Shown: positions 30,027-40,564 of the stretch, in pieces | How positions within the stretch are numbered: the stretch's first letter is position 1 | Layout of the letters: each line of letters starts with the position of its first letter | Virus record (IMG/VR): IMGVR_UViG_3300015263_000627 | Origin: a virus | Strand: one strand, 5' to 3' | DNA: 64,000 nt | Notes under the pieces: generated by a model | Told to the model about the DNA's origin: nothing | Database searches by the model: none | The model's input: only the letters and a program-made list of their open reading frames with translations | Position numbers and translations under genes: made by a program

Positions 30027-30595
30027 CAATTATAATTACTGAAATAAGAAAACCAATAAATTATGTAAATAATGACGAATTGTATAGAGAGTTAAAAAAA
30101 TACCGAAAAATACGAAAACAAGATGACGGAATTTCCCGCACATCTGAGTATGTCGGTAAATGTATTATGCTAATATGTAACGGATTGGCTCAACGTCCCA
30201 ATTTTAATGGCTATACTTTTAAAGCTGATATGATATCGGATGGTATCGAAGATTGTATTGCAGCCGTCAAGAATTTTGACCCCAAGAAATCCAAAAATCC
30301 GTTTGGTTATTTCACACAAATAGCCTATTGGGCGTTTGTCCAACGAATCATGATTGAAAAAAAGCAACAATATTTAAAACATAAGAATTATCAGAACAAT
30401 TTCATGTTAGCAGACCTATCGAATACTGAAAATGATATTATAGAGAAAATGGCATGGTCGAAATTATCAGATCAAGTTATTTCGTCGTTTGAAGAAAATT
30501 TAAACAAAAATAAAAAAGGAACCAAATGCTTAACGAAAAAGAATATAAAAAAGAATGGTATATTAAAAACAAAGAACGAATACTCGAAAAAATGA
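30023..30595 (+). CDS. gp55: Late-transcription sigma factor
   Basis: NYVNNDELY, RPNFNGYTFKADMISDGIEDC, FDPKKSKNPFGYFTQI. Confidence 0.96.
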   Translation: MTIIITEIRKPINYVNNDELYRELKKYRKIRKQDDGISRTSEYVGKCIMLICNGLAQRPNFNGYTFKADMISDGIEDCIAAVKNFDPKKSKNPFGYFTQIAYWAFVQRIMIEKKQQYLKHKNYQNNFMLADLSNTENDIIEKMAWSKLSDQVISSFEENLNKNKKGTKCLTKKNIKKNGILKTKNEYSKK

Positions 30596-30629
30596 TAGTG
30601 TCGAATTACTACAGGAAACGATAAATTAC

Positions 30630-30658
30630 TTGACAAAGAACAAGAAAAATGATAAGAT
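30630..30658 (+). promoter_or_regulatory. Sigma70-like promoter
   Basis: TTGACA-17-TAAGAT. Confidence 0.65.
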
Positions 30659-30693
30659 TAAGTCTGCTAAGAAAAGTAAAAAGGTAAATTATA

Positions 30694-30897
30694 ATGTTCA
30701 ACCAAAAACAATTACACCTAGTCCCCGAAGTAATCAAAAATCGGGCAGCATCGCTATTAAGTGAGAGTAGCGGAAAAAATATCCAAGCTGAAAAGGAAGT
30801 TCATGCGGCAACATTGGAGGCGGTGATTTCCTATTGTCAATCAGCTTTGGAATCGTATCGGAAAAAATCTTCTTTTAATTATAAAAAACGAGCATGA
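30694..30897 (+). CDS. Hypothetical protein
   Basis: 67 aa ORF after a promoter. Confidence 0.55.
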   Translation: MFNQKQLHLVPEVIKNRAASLLSESSGKNIQAEKEVHAATLEAVISYCQSALESYRKKSSFNYKKRA

Positions 30898-30908
30898 AAG
30901 GATAAACT

Positions 30909-31310
30909 ATGGCTCTTGGTATGATATCAAATATGGCTTCGATAAAAGCCAATTATTTTAAATCTCAACTTATTGAATCATTGGTTAAGTTTCGAGAACA
31001 GCATAGAAAAGAATATTCTGATGCGGTTGAGGTTTATCAAAAAGATGTTGTTGATGCATTGAAAAAATTGATAGCTCGAACTGAAGGCGATCCTAATTTT
31101 AAGGAATTTTCAGTTTCGGCTAATCTTGGTTTGACTACTCCGGTTAATTGTGAAAAAGAATATGATCAATTGATTACAGTCTTTAAGGCAATGAATACTG
31201 ATGTAATTGAATTAAACCTTGAGGAAGCCAACCGTATTTTGAATAATGATTGGGCGTGGATAGTATCTGCTTCAGCATCAAACACATTTTATTCATCCCG
31301 GAAAAGATAA
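30909..31310 (+). CDS. Hypothetical protein
   Basis: 133 aa helical ORF with RBS, upstream of gp47. Confidence 0.6.
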   Translation: MALGMISNMASIKANYFKSQLIESLVKFREQHRKEYSDAVEVYQKDVVDALKKLIARTEGDPNFKEFSVSANLGLTTPVNCEKEYDQLITVFKAMNTDVIELNLEEANRILNNDWAWIVSASASNTFYSSRKR

Positions 31311-32366
31311 TTGAGAATAGCTCTTATAACAGACCTCCATTATGGTGTAAGAGGGGATCATCAAGCATTTCTGGACAACAACAAGAAATTCTTTGATGAA
31401 ACCTTCTTCCCATATCTGCAAAATAACAAAATACAGACAATTGTTTGTTTGGGGGATTTGCTGGATCGTCGCAAATATATCAATTACTATACTGCGTCCC
31501 GGCTCCGGAAAGATTTCATTGAGCCGATGAACAATATGGATTTGGAGTTCCATTGGATATTGGGAAACCATGATCTATATTATCGTCAGGTCAATACGGT
31601 ATCGGCAGCTTCCGAGCTACCATTTGAATTGTTGAAATTCAAATATTATGCTGATGCAGAGGAAGTCACCTTTGACGGCACCCCGATCCTATTCGTTCCA
31701 TGGATATGTGAATCCAATAAAGACCAAGTTTCCGAAAAGCTAAAAACAACCAAGGCTGAAGTAGTCTTTGGTCATTTGGCTTTGATTGGTTTTGAAATGT
31801 ATAAGGGTCAGGTGAATCATGCCGATGGAGAAAGCAAGGATAATTATGACCGTTTCAAGCTTGTTGCTTCCGGACACTTTCACCACAAGTCAAATGTAGG
31901 AAACATCCATTATCTAGGCGCTCATGCCGAATTTATTTGGTCGGATTGGAACGATCCCCGAGGCTTCCATATTTTCGATACCAAGACCTATGAAATGGAG
32001 TTTGTTCCCAACCCATTCAATATGTTTGAAAAGGTCTATTATGACGATGTAAGTGGCAAATATCCAAAAGTAAATTTCGATAATTTGAAGGGTAAGATCG
32101 TCAAACTTATCATCAAGAGCCAAACCAATAGTGATCAATATAATTGGTTTGTCAATCAAATTGAAGCTGCTGGACCATTGGAATTGGTGCCGGTGCAGGA
32201 TCATCTGAATTTCGAAAATATTTCGGATGAAACCATTGTATCGGAAACGAAGGATACTTTGACCTTGATGAAAGAATACATTTCTCAATCCAATAATGTA
32301 GTCAATTCATCCAAGCTGGACAAGCTTATAACTGAATTATATCATGAAGCAATGAGTGTGGAATGA
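31311..32366 (+). CDS. gp47: Recombination endonuclease subunit (Mre11/SbcD-like)
   Basis: TDLHYG, LGDLLD, GNHD, SGHFH metallophosphoesterase motifs; TTG start. Confidence 0.96.
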   Translation: MRIALITDLHYGVRGDHQAFLDNNKKFFDETFFPYLQNNKIQTIVCLGDLLDRRKYINYYTASRLRKDFIEPMNNMDLEFHWILGNHDLYYRQVNTVSAASELPFELLKFKYYADAEEVTFDGTPILFVPWICESNKDQVSEKLKTTKAEVVFGHLALIGFEMYKGQVNHADGESKDNYDRFKLVASGHFHHKSNVGNIHYLGAHAEFIWSDWNDPRGFHIFDTKTYEMEFVPNPFNMFEKVYYDDVSGKYPKVNFDNLKGKIVKLIIKSQTNSDQYNWFVNQIEAAGPLELVPVQDHLNFENISDETIVSETKDTLTLMKEYISQSNNVVNSSKLDKLITELYHEAMSVE

Positions 32367-32815
32367 TTAAGCAAAAATTTGGTAAATGGATTATAATAGA
32401 TAAAGCTCCCGATAGGAGAGGAGAAAAATATTGGCTATGTCAATGTGAATGTGGTAATACATCAGAAGTTTATGCATTTTCTTTGAAATATGGATCATCT
32501 ACTCAATGTAAATCGTGTGCGAAAAAAGGCAAAGCTCCCCGCCTTACACATAATATGACACATAGTAGAGAATATGATAGTTGGCAAAGTATGAAAACTC
32601 GTTGTTATAATTCTAATCATAAGTTTTATAATTATTATGGAGGTCGTGGAATACGAGTTTGTAGAAGATGGAAAAATAGTTTTGAGAATTTCTATGCTGA
32701 TATGGGAAAACGTCCATTAGGTAGATCATTAGATCGAATTAATACCAATGGTAACTATGAACCTTCTAATTGTAAATGGGCTACTCCAAAAGAGCAAATG
32801 AGAAATAGACGATGA
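32363..32815 (+). mobile_element. HNH homing endonuclease between gp47 and gp46
   Basis: WLCQCECG, YGGRGIRVC, SLDRINTNGNYEPSNCKWAT. Confidence 0.9.
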
Positions 32816-34524
32816 AATTAATTCTGAAAAAGGTGAGATTTGCTAACTTTATGTCATTTGGCAATATGTGGACTGAAATTGACCTGAATACCCATCCTAC
32901 TACTTTGATTGTCGGTAAGAACGGTAGCGGAAAATCGTCGGCTATTCTGGATACTATTTCTTTTGCTTTGTTCAATAAGCCATTCCGTAACATCCGGAAG
33001 CCGCAATTGACCAATTCAATAAACAACAAGAACTGCCTTGTCGAGTTATATTTCTCCGTCAACAACAACAATTTCAAGGTTGTTCGGGGTATTAAACCTG
33101 CCGTTTTCGAAATCTATAAGAATGAAGAATTGATCACGCAATCCGCCGATAACAGGGATTATCAGGATGCATTTGAGAAATATATCCTACGGGTCAATCA
33201 TAAGACATTTTGCCAGATTGTTATGCTTGGATCAGCTATATTCACCCCTTTTATGGGATTGCCTGCCCAAGCGCGACGTGATGTTATCGAGGATTTGCTT
33301 GACCTGAAAATCTTCTCGACAATGAATGTATTGTTGAAAACCCGCCTTTCTTCGAATGAAGCTACTTTATCATCTATCCAGACCGAAAAGCGCATTCTTA
33401 CCGAAAAGATAGAAATTACCCGGAAACATATTGCCGAAGCTTTGGAAGCAAAGCGAGTATCGATCCATGAAAAGGAAGAACAAATTAGTTCTCTTGAAAT
33501 GGAGCGACAGACACATAGTATCGATATTGCAGGCATTCAAAAACTAATCAGCGATCTTATCACTAATCTTGGGGATATAAAACACGTCAAAAAAACCAGC
33601 GACGAAATCAACAAATTGTATCATCAGTTGATACATAAGAGCGAATCGATCAAGAAAGAGATTGATTTTCTGACCAATGAAAAAAACTGTCCAACCTGCG
33701 AACAAGTTATCGATAATGACTTTCGAGAACGGAAAGTTGTGGAAAAAACCAAGACCTATGAAGAATTAAATAATGGTATTGCTCAATTGCTCAAGAAACA
33801 AGAGAATTTGAATAATAAGCTGACCCATATTGCCGAAATTCAGGCAAAAATTCAGGAATGGAATGATGTTATCAAGGAACACCGTTCCAAAATGGATGTT
33901 ATTGATATGCAAATCAAACATATCGAAACAGATATTGAGAATATAAGCAAGTCCAAGCGAGAGATTGATCTATCAGGTCTGGAAGGGATGATAAATCAGC
34001 TTGGGGATGTAAAGACCCATCTTGTTCAATTGGAAGATGATCAGAATATCATGGGATTTGCTGCCAATATGCTAAAGGATACCGGAATCAAGGCACGTAT
34101 TATCAAGATGTATATTTCGGTGATCAATACCCTTATTGCCAAATATCTAGCTGCTTTGGATTTCTTCGTTTCCTTTGAATTGGACGAGAATTTCAATGAA
34201 ACTATCAAGAGCCGGTTCCGGGACGAGTTTTCCTATATGTCTTTTTCGGAAGGGGAAAAGTGCCGCCTAAATATTGCTATATTGTTCGCATGGCGGGCAA
34301 TAGCCAAAATGAGGGGGTCAATCGACTGTAATTTGATCGTTTTGGACGAATTGTTCGATTCTTCCTTGGATTTGACCGGTATTGATGATATGATGAAGCT
34401 CTTAAATAACTTGACAAATAACGAGAATGTGTTTATAATAAGTCATCGTGAGGATCAGATTTCGGAAAAATTTGCCCGAGTAATTCGGTTCCAGAAAACC
34501 AAGAACTTTTCGGAGATAGGATGA
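32812..34524 (+). CDS. gp46: Recombination ATPase subunit (Rad50/SbcC-like)
   Basis: GKNGSGKS, CPTC hook, FSEGEK signature, LDELFDSSLD. Confidence 0.97.
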   Translation: MKLILKKVRFANFMSFGNMWTEIDLNTHPTTLIVGKNGSGKSSAILDTISFALFNKPFRNIRKPQLTNSINNKNCLVELYFSVNNNNFKVVRGIKPAVFEIYKNEELITQSADNRDYQDAFEKYILRVNHKTFCQIVMLGSAIFTPFMGLPAQARRDVIEDLLDLKIFSTMNVLLKTRLSSNEATLSSIQTEKRILTEKIEITRKHIAEALEAKRVSIHEKEEQISSLEMERQTHSIDIAGIQKLISDLITNLGDIKHVKKTSDEINKLYHQLIHKSESIKKEIDFLTNEKNCPTCEQVIDNDFRERKVVEKTKTYEELNNGIAQLLKKQENLNNKLTHIAEIQAKIQEWNDVIKEHRSKMDVIDMQIKHIETDIENISKSKREIDLSGLEGMINQLGDVKTHLVQLEDDQNIMGFAANMLKDTGIKARIIKMYISVINTLIAKYLAALDFFVSFELDENFNETIKSRFRDEFSYMSFSEGEKCRLNIAILFAWRAIAKMRGSIDCNLIVLDELFDSSLDLTGIDDMMKLLNNLTNNENVFIISHREDQISEKFARVIRFQKTKNFSEIG

Positions 34525-34698
34525 TAAAAACGCATGAAATCAGGGTCACCCTGTCTATCGATGGTAATAAGACAAGTATGAATCGGCTTGTAGATGATTT
34601 GGAAGTGAAAAACTCCTTAGTTGACGTAATAAAAGAACATACTAAACAAATGTTTGATGAAATAATCAAACATTGGGATGAAATAAAACATAACTGAT

Positions 34699-34950
34699 AT
34701 GATATATACCATGACCCCCGATCCTCAACCAATATATTCCCGAAAAGCAATCAAAATCTTGCTCCGGAAAGGAGCTATTGGTTCACCCGAGGAATGGAAT
34801 AAGGCTTGTATTCTGGCATTACAGCATGATTGGAGAAAGGAAGAAATCCTCCGTATTCTTTGGTGGTGGAACCCATTCATGATTTTTCTTTATGCTGTAA
34901 TTTTCCTTCTTGTTGGAGCCGGATTAGTAAAATATTTTATAGGATGGTAA
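34699..34950 (+). CDS. Hypothetical membrane protein
   Basis: C-terminal transmembrane segment. Confidence 0.5.
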   Translation: MIYTMTPDPQPIYSRKAIKILLRKGAIGSPEEWNKACILALQHDWRKEEILRILWWWNPFMIFLYAVIFLLVGAGLVKYFIGW

Positions 34951-35048
34951 AGATGAAGTTATACGTGAAACTCATGGATATATCTATCCAGTATTTTTTG
35001 ATAATTCATTCCTTTTCGAAGCAACCCTAAAATTAATAAAGGCAGTAA

Positions 35049-35588
35049 ATGACTATACTACCAATTTTAACCAACGACATACTAAAGTTGACGAAACCCT
35101 CACAAGAATGGGATTTCAACAATCCACCTATGGATGCGGTTGAATTAGCTCGAAATCTAGCCGACACCATGCTCGATTCTAAGGGTCTTGGATTAGCAGC
35201 TATTCAAGTCGATATTCCCTATCGAGTTTTCGTAATGCGAGGATTAGTCAACGAAAAAGGGGCGTTGGAAATTTTTTGTTTTTTCAACCCCCGGATCGTC
35301 ATGCCATCAACCGAGCAAGTAAAGCTGGAAGAAGGGTGTCTTTCTTTTCCCGGTCTTGTTGTTGAAATAAAACGCCCCCGCGATGTTAGGTTCCGATTTA
35401 CCTTACCTAATGGGGAAACAGATACTAAATTATTCACCGGTATGACCGCCCGAGTGATTCAGCATGAAATGGATCATCTGGATGGTCTTTTGTTTTATAA
35501 CAGAGCCAACAAATACAAGCGCAACAAAGCCTTCAAAGAACAGGCTAAATTCATGAAATTTCAAGCTTCAAGAAAGGAACTTGTATAA
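35049..35588 (+). CDS. def: Peptide deformylase
   Basis: GLGLAAIQ, EEGCLS, QHEMDHLDG catalytic motifs. Confidence 0.96.
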   Translation: MTILPILTNDILKLTKPSQEWDFNNPPMDAVELARNLADTMLDSKGLGLAAIQVDIPYRVFVMRGLVNEKGALEIFCFFNPRIVMPSTEQVKLEEGCLSFPGLVVEIKRPRDVRFRFTLPNGETDTKLFTGMTARVIQHEMDHLDGLLFYNRANKYKRNKAFKEQAKFMKFQASRKELV

Positions 35589-35845
35589 TGAAGAAAAATG
35601 ATTTGAGGGAAGTAAATAATCTAATTTCTCAATTAGCAATGGCTGAAAATGATTTACGAATGGTGAACGAAGGAATGTCTAAAAAAGGCGATGAATTTTT
35701 ATTATCCGATTCGTTTGGTATTCCTTCATCTATGGTGCATTATGCGCCCCATAATGAATTTGGGGAATTTATTATCCCTTATATTAAAAAAAATATTAAT
35801 AAATTGAAGGAAGAATTACACAAATTTGGTATAGAGGATGCCTAA
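35588..35845 (+). CDS. Hypothetical protein
   Basis: 85 aa ORF coupled to def. Confidence 0.55.
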   Translation: MKKNDLREVNNLISQLAMAENDLRMVNEGMSKKGDEFLLSDSFGIPSSMVHYAPHNEFGEFIIPYIKKNINKLKEELHKFGIEDA

Positions 35846-35956
35846 ATAGAGTTTGATATACTATGATAATCGTGAAGGTCTAACTAAAAGAGGTATTCAA
35901 GTGCAATATGTCAAAAAGACACCTGTTAGACCTAATGCCTTTCCTACAAAAGTCGC

Positions 35957-36184
35957 ATGTCCACCTCCGAGATAAAGGAATATAAAATGATATTACATGA
36001 TCCAAATTATGATCTTGTGGAATATCATCCTTTACCTAAAAAAAGGGGACAACAATGTGGCAAATGTGGAATGAAATTTGAGTATGATAAAAGTTATGGT
36101 TATTGGTGTGCTGAAATTGATTGTCCAATGGGTTATGGATCATCCCCTGTTTTTTCGGAGGAAAATAATCCATCTGGATGTTAA
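35957..36184 (+). CDS. Small Cys-rich hypothetical protein
   Basis: CGKC...C...CPM. Confidence 0.45.
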   Translation: MSTSEIKEYKMILHDPNYDLVEYHPLPKKRGQQCGKCGMKFEYDKSYGYWCAEIDCPMGYGSSPVFSEENNPSGC

Positions 36185-36249
36185 CATGAAACTGCACACT
36201 AACTCTATCAATGTTAGTGTGCAGTTTAATAATAAGAATGGAGTAAATT

Positions 36250-37119
36250 ATGCCACAAATCAAAGTCCCTATGTCAGAGTTACAAAAAGACAAAATATTT
36301 CTAGCTACCCCTTGTTATGGTGGAATGTGTGGAGGAATGTTTGCTAAATCTGTTGCTGATTTATCTTCATTATGCACTCGATTTCAAATTCCCCTTCAAA
36401 TTTATTTTCTATTCAATGAAAGTTTGATTACTCGCGCTCGAAATTATGCATGTGATGAATTTATGCGTTCGGGAGCTTCTCATTTGGTTTTTATTGATGC
36501 TGATATTGGATTTGATGCTAATGATGTTATTGGAATGGTTGCTCTCCAGCGTCAAAATTCTTCCTATGATATTATGGGTGGACCATATCCCAAGAAAACT
36601 ATTTCATGGGAAAAAATAAAAATAGCTGTTGATAAAGGAAAAGCTGATAATAATCCCAATGATCTTGAAAAATATGTTGGAGATTATGTTTTCAATCCCA
36701 AAAGCGGACAAAATCAAATTTCTATTGTTGATCCTGTTGAAGTGTTAGAAGTTGGAACTGGATTTATGTCGATTCAAAGATCAGCTATGCAAAAATTTGT
36801 CGAACAGTATCCACAATATATGTATCGTCCTGATCATGTTCGAACTCAACATTTTGATGGTAGTCGAGAAATCATGCAATTTTTTCAAGCTGAAATCGAC
36901 TCAAAATCCAAACGATATTTATCAGAAGATTATTGGTTTTGTCAAAAAGCACAGGCAATAAATCTCCGCACATGGTTATGTCCATGGATAAAATTAAACC
37001 ATACTGGAACCTATGTGTTTGGGGGATCATTATTTGATTTGGCTCAAATTCAGGCTCCCGCTACGGCTGATGCTGCGTTATTGAAGAAAAATAATGAAAA
37101 TATAAAACCTACCAATTAA
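36250..37119 (+). CDS. GT-A fold glycosyltransferase-like protein
   Basis: ATPCYGG, ESLITRARN, FIDADI (DxD), GTGFM, LSEDYWFC. Confidence 0.8.
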   Translation: MPQIKVPMSELQKDKIFLATPCYGGMCGGMFAKSVADLSSLCTRFQIPLQIYFLFNESLITRARNYACDEFMRSGASHLVFIDADIGFDANDVIGMVALQRQNSSYDIMGGPYPKKTISWEKIKIAVDKGKADNNPNDLEKYVGDYVFNPKSGQNQISIVDPVEVLEVGTGFMSIQRSAMQKFVEQYPQYMYRPDHVRTQHFDGSREIMQFFQAEIDSKSKRYLSEDYWFCQKAQAINLRTWLCPWIKLNHTGTYVFGGSLFDLAQIQAPATADAALLKKNNENIKPTN

Positions 37120-37127
37120 AGAACGCT

Positions 37128-37156
37128 TGACTTAGGTAGGATAGTGTGATATTATA
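37128..37156 (+). promoter_or_regulatory. Sigma70-like promoter for the gp45 operon
   Basis: TTGACT-17-TATTAT; the gtgtgata(t/c)tatagac block is shared with the minus-strand promoter near 42860. Confidence 0.75.
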
Positions 37157-37187
37157 GACGATATCATTATAGATTATGGAGATGTGA

Positions 37188-37856
37188 ATGCAATTAACGC
37201 CGCGAACGTTGGCTATCCTGAAAAATTTTGTATATTTAAATCCCGGGATTGTTTTTAAACCCGGGATAGAAATCAGTACAGGAACGGTAACCATGGATGT
37301 GGTTGCCTTGGCGCAGTCAGAAAACAAATTTATAAAACAATTTGCTATTTCTGACCTTTCCCAATTTTTACAAGTAATGTCCTCATTTTCTAATCCTGAG
37401 TTGGAATTTGATGAAAAGGTCCTTTTTATTCGGGAAGGGGAAAAAGAAATTCGTTATACTTATGGGGATGAACAAAGCATCAAAACTCCCCCCGGCAAAT
37501 CCATCAATATGCCGAAAATTCTTGCATCATTTTCCTTGACGGAATCCGAGCTAACAGGATTGACCCGGATAGCAGGTGTTATGCATTTTACTGAAATTGC
37601 TATTGTTAGTGATAAGAAAAAATTGACCCTGCAAGCATTGGATATGAAAAATCCCACCGGGAACATCTATAAACAAAAATGCACTAATGGGGAAGGAACA
37701 AGCAAATTCATTAGTGCCTTTGCGGCTGAGAAAATCAATCTTCTAATGTCAATGGATTATAATGTAACAATAGGCAAGGGAGTTGCCGAGTTCAAGGGTA
37801 AGGATGTTACCTATTGGATTGCTCCGCAAGCAAAGTTTTCAACATATGAAGATTAA
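37188..37856 (+). CDS. gp45: Sliding clamp
   Basis: TLAILKNFVYLNPGIVF, FAISDLSQFL, YWIA; upstream of gp44/62. Confidence 0.93.
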   Translation: MQLTPRTLAILKNFVYLNPGIVFKPGIEISTGTVTMDVVALAQSENKFIKQFAISDLSQFLQVMSSFSNPELEFDEKVLFIREGEKEIRYTYGDEQSIKTPPGKSINMPKILASFSLTESELTGLTRIAGVMHFTEIAIVSDKKKLTLQALDMKNPTGNIYKQKCTNGEGTSKFISAFAAEKINLLMSMDYNVTIGKGVAEFKGKDVTYWIAPQAKFSTYED

Positions 37857-37859
37857 AAA

Positions 37860-38243
37860 ATGAAAAAAATTGAAATTGGTTTGAATACAGCGGTTGATTT
37901 TTTCCACACTTTGAATCAAAAGGCTGGATGGTGGGATGATCCGGAAACGGGTGAAAGTCTTCGAACAAATCCATATGTTATCGGAACCAAATTAGGTCTA
38001 ATTCATTCGGAAATATCCGAAGCATTGGAAGCGTATCGCAAGGATACTATGGATGATCATTTACCGAATCGAAGGGGGGTCGCTGTTGAATTAGCCGATG
38101 CCTTTATTCGATTGTTTGATATTTGCGGAGTATTGGGTATCGATAATATCGGAACTGTTATTATAGAAAAACACAATTACAACCAAAAGAGAGCCGATCA
38201 CAAGGTAGATAATCGTCGCAAAAAGGGTGGAAAGAAATTCTAA
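37860..38243 (+). CDS. MazG-like nucleotide pyrophosphohydrolase
   Basis: LIHSEISEALEAYRK...VELADAFIRLFD. Confidence 0.85.
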   Translation: MKKIEIGLNTAVDFFHTLNQKAGWWDDPETGESLRTNPYVIGTKLGLIHSEISEALEAYRKDTMDDHLPNRRGVAVELADAFIRLFDICGVLGIDNIGTVIIEKHNYNQKRADHKVDNRRKKGGKKF

Positions 38244-38485
38244 TGATTTCTATATGTAAAAATTGCAGGTTTCATGAAAAAGTTTCAAGCTATGTCGGAG
38301 TACCATTTCACCATTGTTTACATCCATTTTTACGAAAAACAGATATAGTAACAGGTGAAAAAGTTGCAACTGGATCACTTAATTGTTATGATGTAAGAGC
38401 TAACAAAGATAAGTGTGGTCTAACAGGTAAATGGTATGAATCAAAAAGTGGGTTTAAATTTGGGGGTACGATACTACATGAATAA
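38243..38485 (+). CDS. Cys-rich hypothetical protein
   Basis: CKNCRF...C...CG...WYE. Confidence 0.55.
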   Translation: MISICKNCRFHEKVSSYVGVPFHHCLHPFLRKTDIVTGEKVATGSLNCYDVRANKDKCGLTGKWYESKSGFKFGGTILHE

Positions 38486-39413
38486 AGATTTTGTATGGGC
38501 TGAAAAATATCGTCCTGCTACAATAGATGAATGTATTCTTCCCAAAGAATTGAAAGAAACCTTTCATTCTTTTGTAAAAAACGGCGATATTCCCAATCTA
38601 TTGTTGATTGGTCCCCCGGGTTGTGGAAAAACCACCATTGCCATTGCCATGCTCAAAGAACTTGAGTGTGATTATATGGTTATTGACGGATCGCTTAAGG
38701 GGGATATGGATACCCTTCGAAATGAGATTGCTAATTTTGCTTCGACTGTCTCGTTTGTCGGCAAGCGCAAGTATATTATTCTGGATGAAGCGGATTATAT
38801 CAATTGGCGCACCCAACCAGCATTGCGAAATTTTACCGAGACTTATAGCTCGAATTGTGGGTTTATCCTGACGTGTAATTACGCTAACCGCATTCTAAAG
38901 GAACTACGTTCGCGTTGTGCTAATATTGAGTTTACCATTGCCAAGGATGAACGTCCAGTTCTGGCTAAACAATTCCTGAAACGTTTGACCCAAATCCTTG
39001 ATGCCGAGGGGGTAAAATACGATAAGACTACATTGGTTGAAGTGATCACCAAGTATTTCCCCGATTGGCGGCGAATGCTCAATGAAATTCAGCGTTATGC
39101 CGTTAACGGTAAAATTGATTATGGTATTCTTACTAGCCTATCATCTATTTCAATCAAGGAATTGGTTGGATATATGAAGAATAAGGATTTTACCAAAGTA
39201 AGGCAATGGGCGGCAGAAAATTTGGCTAATGATTCTCAATCTATTTTCCGAGAGTTTTACAATGAAGCTTCAGTTTATTTTGAACCTTCCTATATTCCGG
39301 AATTAGTTGTTACCCTTGCCAAGTATCAACATCAGGCTTTGTTTAGTGCCGATCAGGAAATCAACCTTGCAGCCTTTTTGGTTGAAGTTATGGTAGAGGC
39401 GATCTGGAAATGA
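38478..39413 (+). CDS. gp44: Clamp loader large subunit
   Basis: WAEKYRP, GPPGCGKTT, ILDEAD, LRSRC. Confidence 0.97.
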   Translation: MNKDFVWAEKYRPATIDECILPKELKETFHSFVKNGDIPNLLLIGPPGCGKTTIAIAMLKELECDYMVIDGSLKGDMDTLRNEIANFASTVSFVGKRKYIILDEADYINWRTQPALRNFTETYSSNCGFILTCNYANRILKELRSRCANIEFTIAKDERPVLAKQFLKRLTQILDAEGVKYDKTTLVEVITKYFPDWRRMLNEIQRYAVNGKIDYGILTSLSSISIKELVGYMKNKDFTKVRQWAAENLANDSQSIFREFYNEASVYFEPSYIPELVVTLAKYQHQALFSADQEINLAAFLVEVMVEAIWK

Positions 39414-39787
39414 CAGAACCATTTGACTATTTGAACAGTATAATGTTCAAGAAAGAATACTTGATGGATGATGAAGATAACGAAAAAAAGTATCCTCCAT
39501 TCATGGTCAATCGTGGTTTGTCTCAACATATTGATTGTTTACTTTTTTCCAATGAAATGAATATTCATTATGATTTGGATAATAAATTGCAATATGATTA
39601 CCTGTATCATTCTATTCGCAAGATGCATCGTAAGCTTGGAAAATGGGCAAAACGTCCGGATGATGATATTGTAGGAGTAATATCGAAATATTTCAAGGTC
39701 AATATCCGTCGAGCAAGAGAATTTGCATCTCTAATGACAGAGAAACAAAAACGTGAAGTCATGATGAAGGGAGAAACAAATGGCTGA
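39410..39787 (+). CDS. gp62: Clamp loader small subunit
   Basis: YPPFMVNRGLS, LQYDYL, KWAK. Confidence 0.93.
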   Translation: MTEPFDYLNSIMFKKEYLMDDEDNEKKYPPFMVNRGLSQHIDCLLFSNEMNIHYDLDNKLQYDYLYHSIRKMHRKLGKWAKRPDDDIVGVISKYFKVNIRRAREFASLMTEKQKREVMMKGETNG

Positions 39788-40046
39788 AAATGAAACTGAT
39801 AAACTTTTGGCAGCATTCGCAGGCTTGTTTTTGCTTCCATTTATATTGTTCTTTGCTACGATAATTGGAACCGTAGCAGGAGCAATTGGAGGATGGGCTG
39901 TTGGTTTATTCTATGGGGATACTATTCTTTTTATTCTGAACCAATTGGGTGTCCATGGAGTAACCATGGGACAATTCGGAGCCTTTTTGGGATTTGTGGG
40001 GGGATTTTTCAAATCAGTATATATGTTTAGAAATCCTAAAAAATAA
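39780..40046 (+). CDS. Small Gly-rich membrane protein
   Basis: Hydrophobic with GxxxG motifs. Confidence 0.55.
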   Translation: MAENETDKLLAAFAGLFLLPFILFFATIIGTVAGAIGGWAVGLFYGDTILFILNQLGVHGVTMGQFGAFLGFVGGFFKSVYMFRNPKK

Positions 40047-40555
40047 TGAATTTTCGAAAAGCTAATCTGGACGATATTGACGATATCCTTCGTTTGGAAA
40101 GACTTGGTTTTGGAGAGCATCGATTTTCTCGTAATGCCCTTCGAAACCAGTTGAAATCCAAGAGCGTTGATGTTTTGGTAGCCGAAGATTTCAAAACAAT
40201 AGGATTTACTAAACAATATAGTAATTCTAAATTTAGTATTGTTCCATCCAAGGTTTTTAGAAGTGAAAAATGTATTGGATATGTAAGTGTTTTCTATAGG
40301 TCCAATAGTTCCAAGGCTCTAATAGCCTCAATTACGGTTGATCCAGCTTATAGACATAAAGGAATAGCCACAAAATTGATGGAAAAAGCTATAATATATG
40401 CTTATGACCGGGATATTACCCAAATCAAGCTACAGGTAGCCAAAACCAATACCAATGCTATAAAGATAAATACTAAGTTCGATTTCAAAATTGAAAAAAC
40501 ATTATCGAATTATTATGGTAAAGGAAAATCTGCTTACCTGATGGTCAAGAATTAG
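40046..40555 (+). CDS. GNAT acetyltransferase (RimI-like)
   Basis: ITVDPAYRHKGIATKLM acetyl-CoA motif; LQV...NTNAI...YYG.G.SAYLM. Confidence 0.88.
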   Translation: MNFRKANLDDIDDILRLERLGFGEHRFSRNALRNQLKSKSVDVLVAEDFKTIGFTKQYSNSKFSIVPSKVFRSEKCIGYVSVFYRSNSSKALIASITVDPAYRHKGIATKLMEKAIIYAYDRDITQIKLQVAKTNTNAIKINTKFDFKIEKTLSNYYGKGKSAYLMVKN

Positions 40556-40564
40556 GAGAGAAAA

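Noticed and set aside
35838-35975. ATG CCT AAA TAG A... as a second UAG/UAGA recoding site
   Set aside because: The sequence is explained by a CCTAAATA late promoter, and the +1 frame stops after one codon (GTT TGA).
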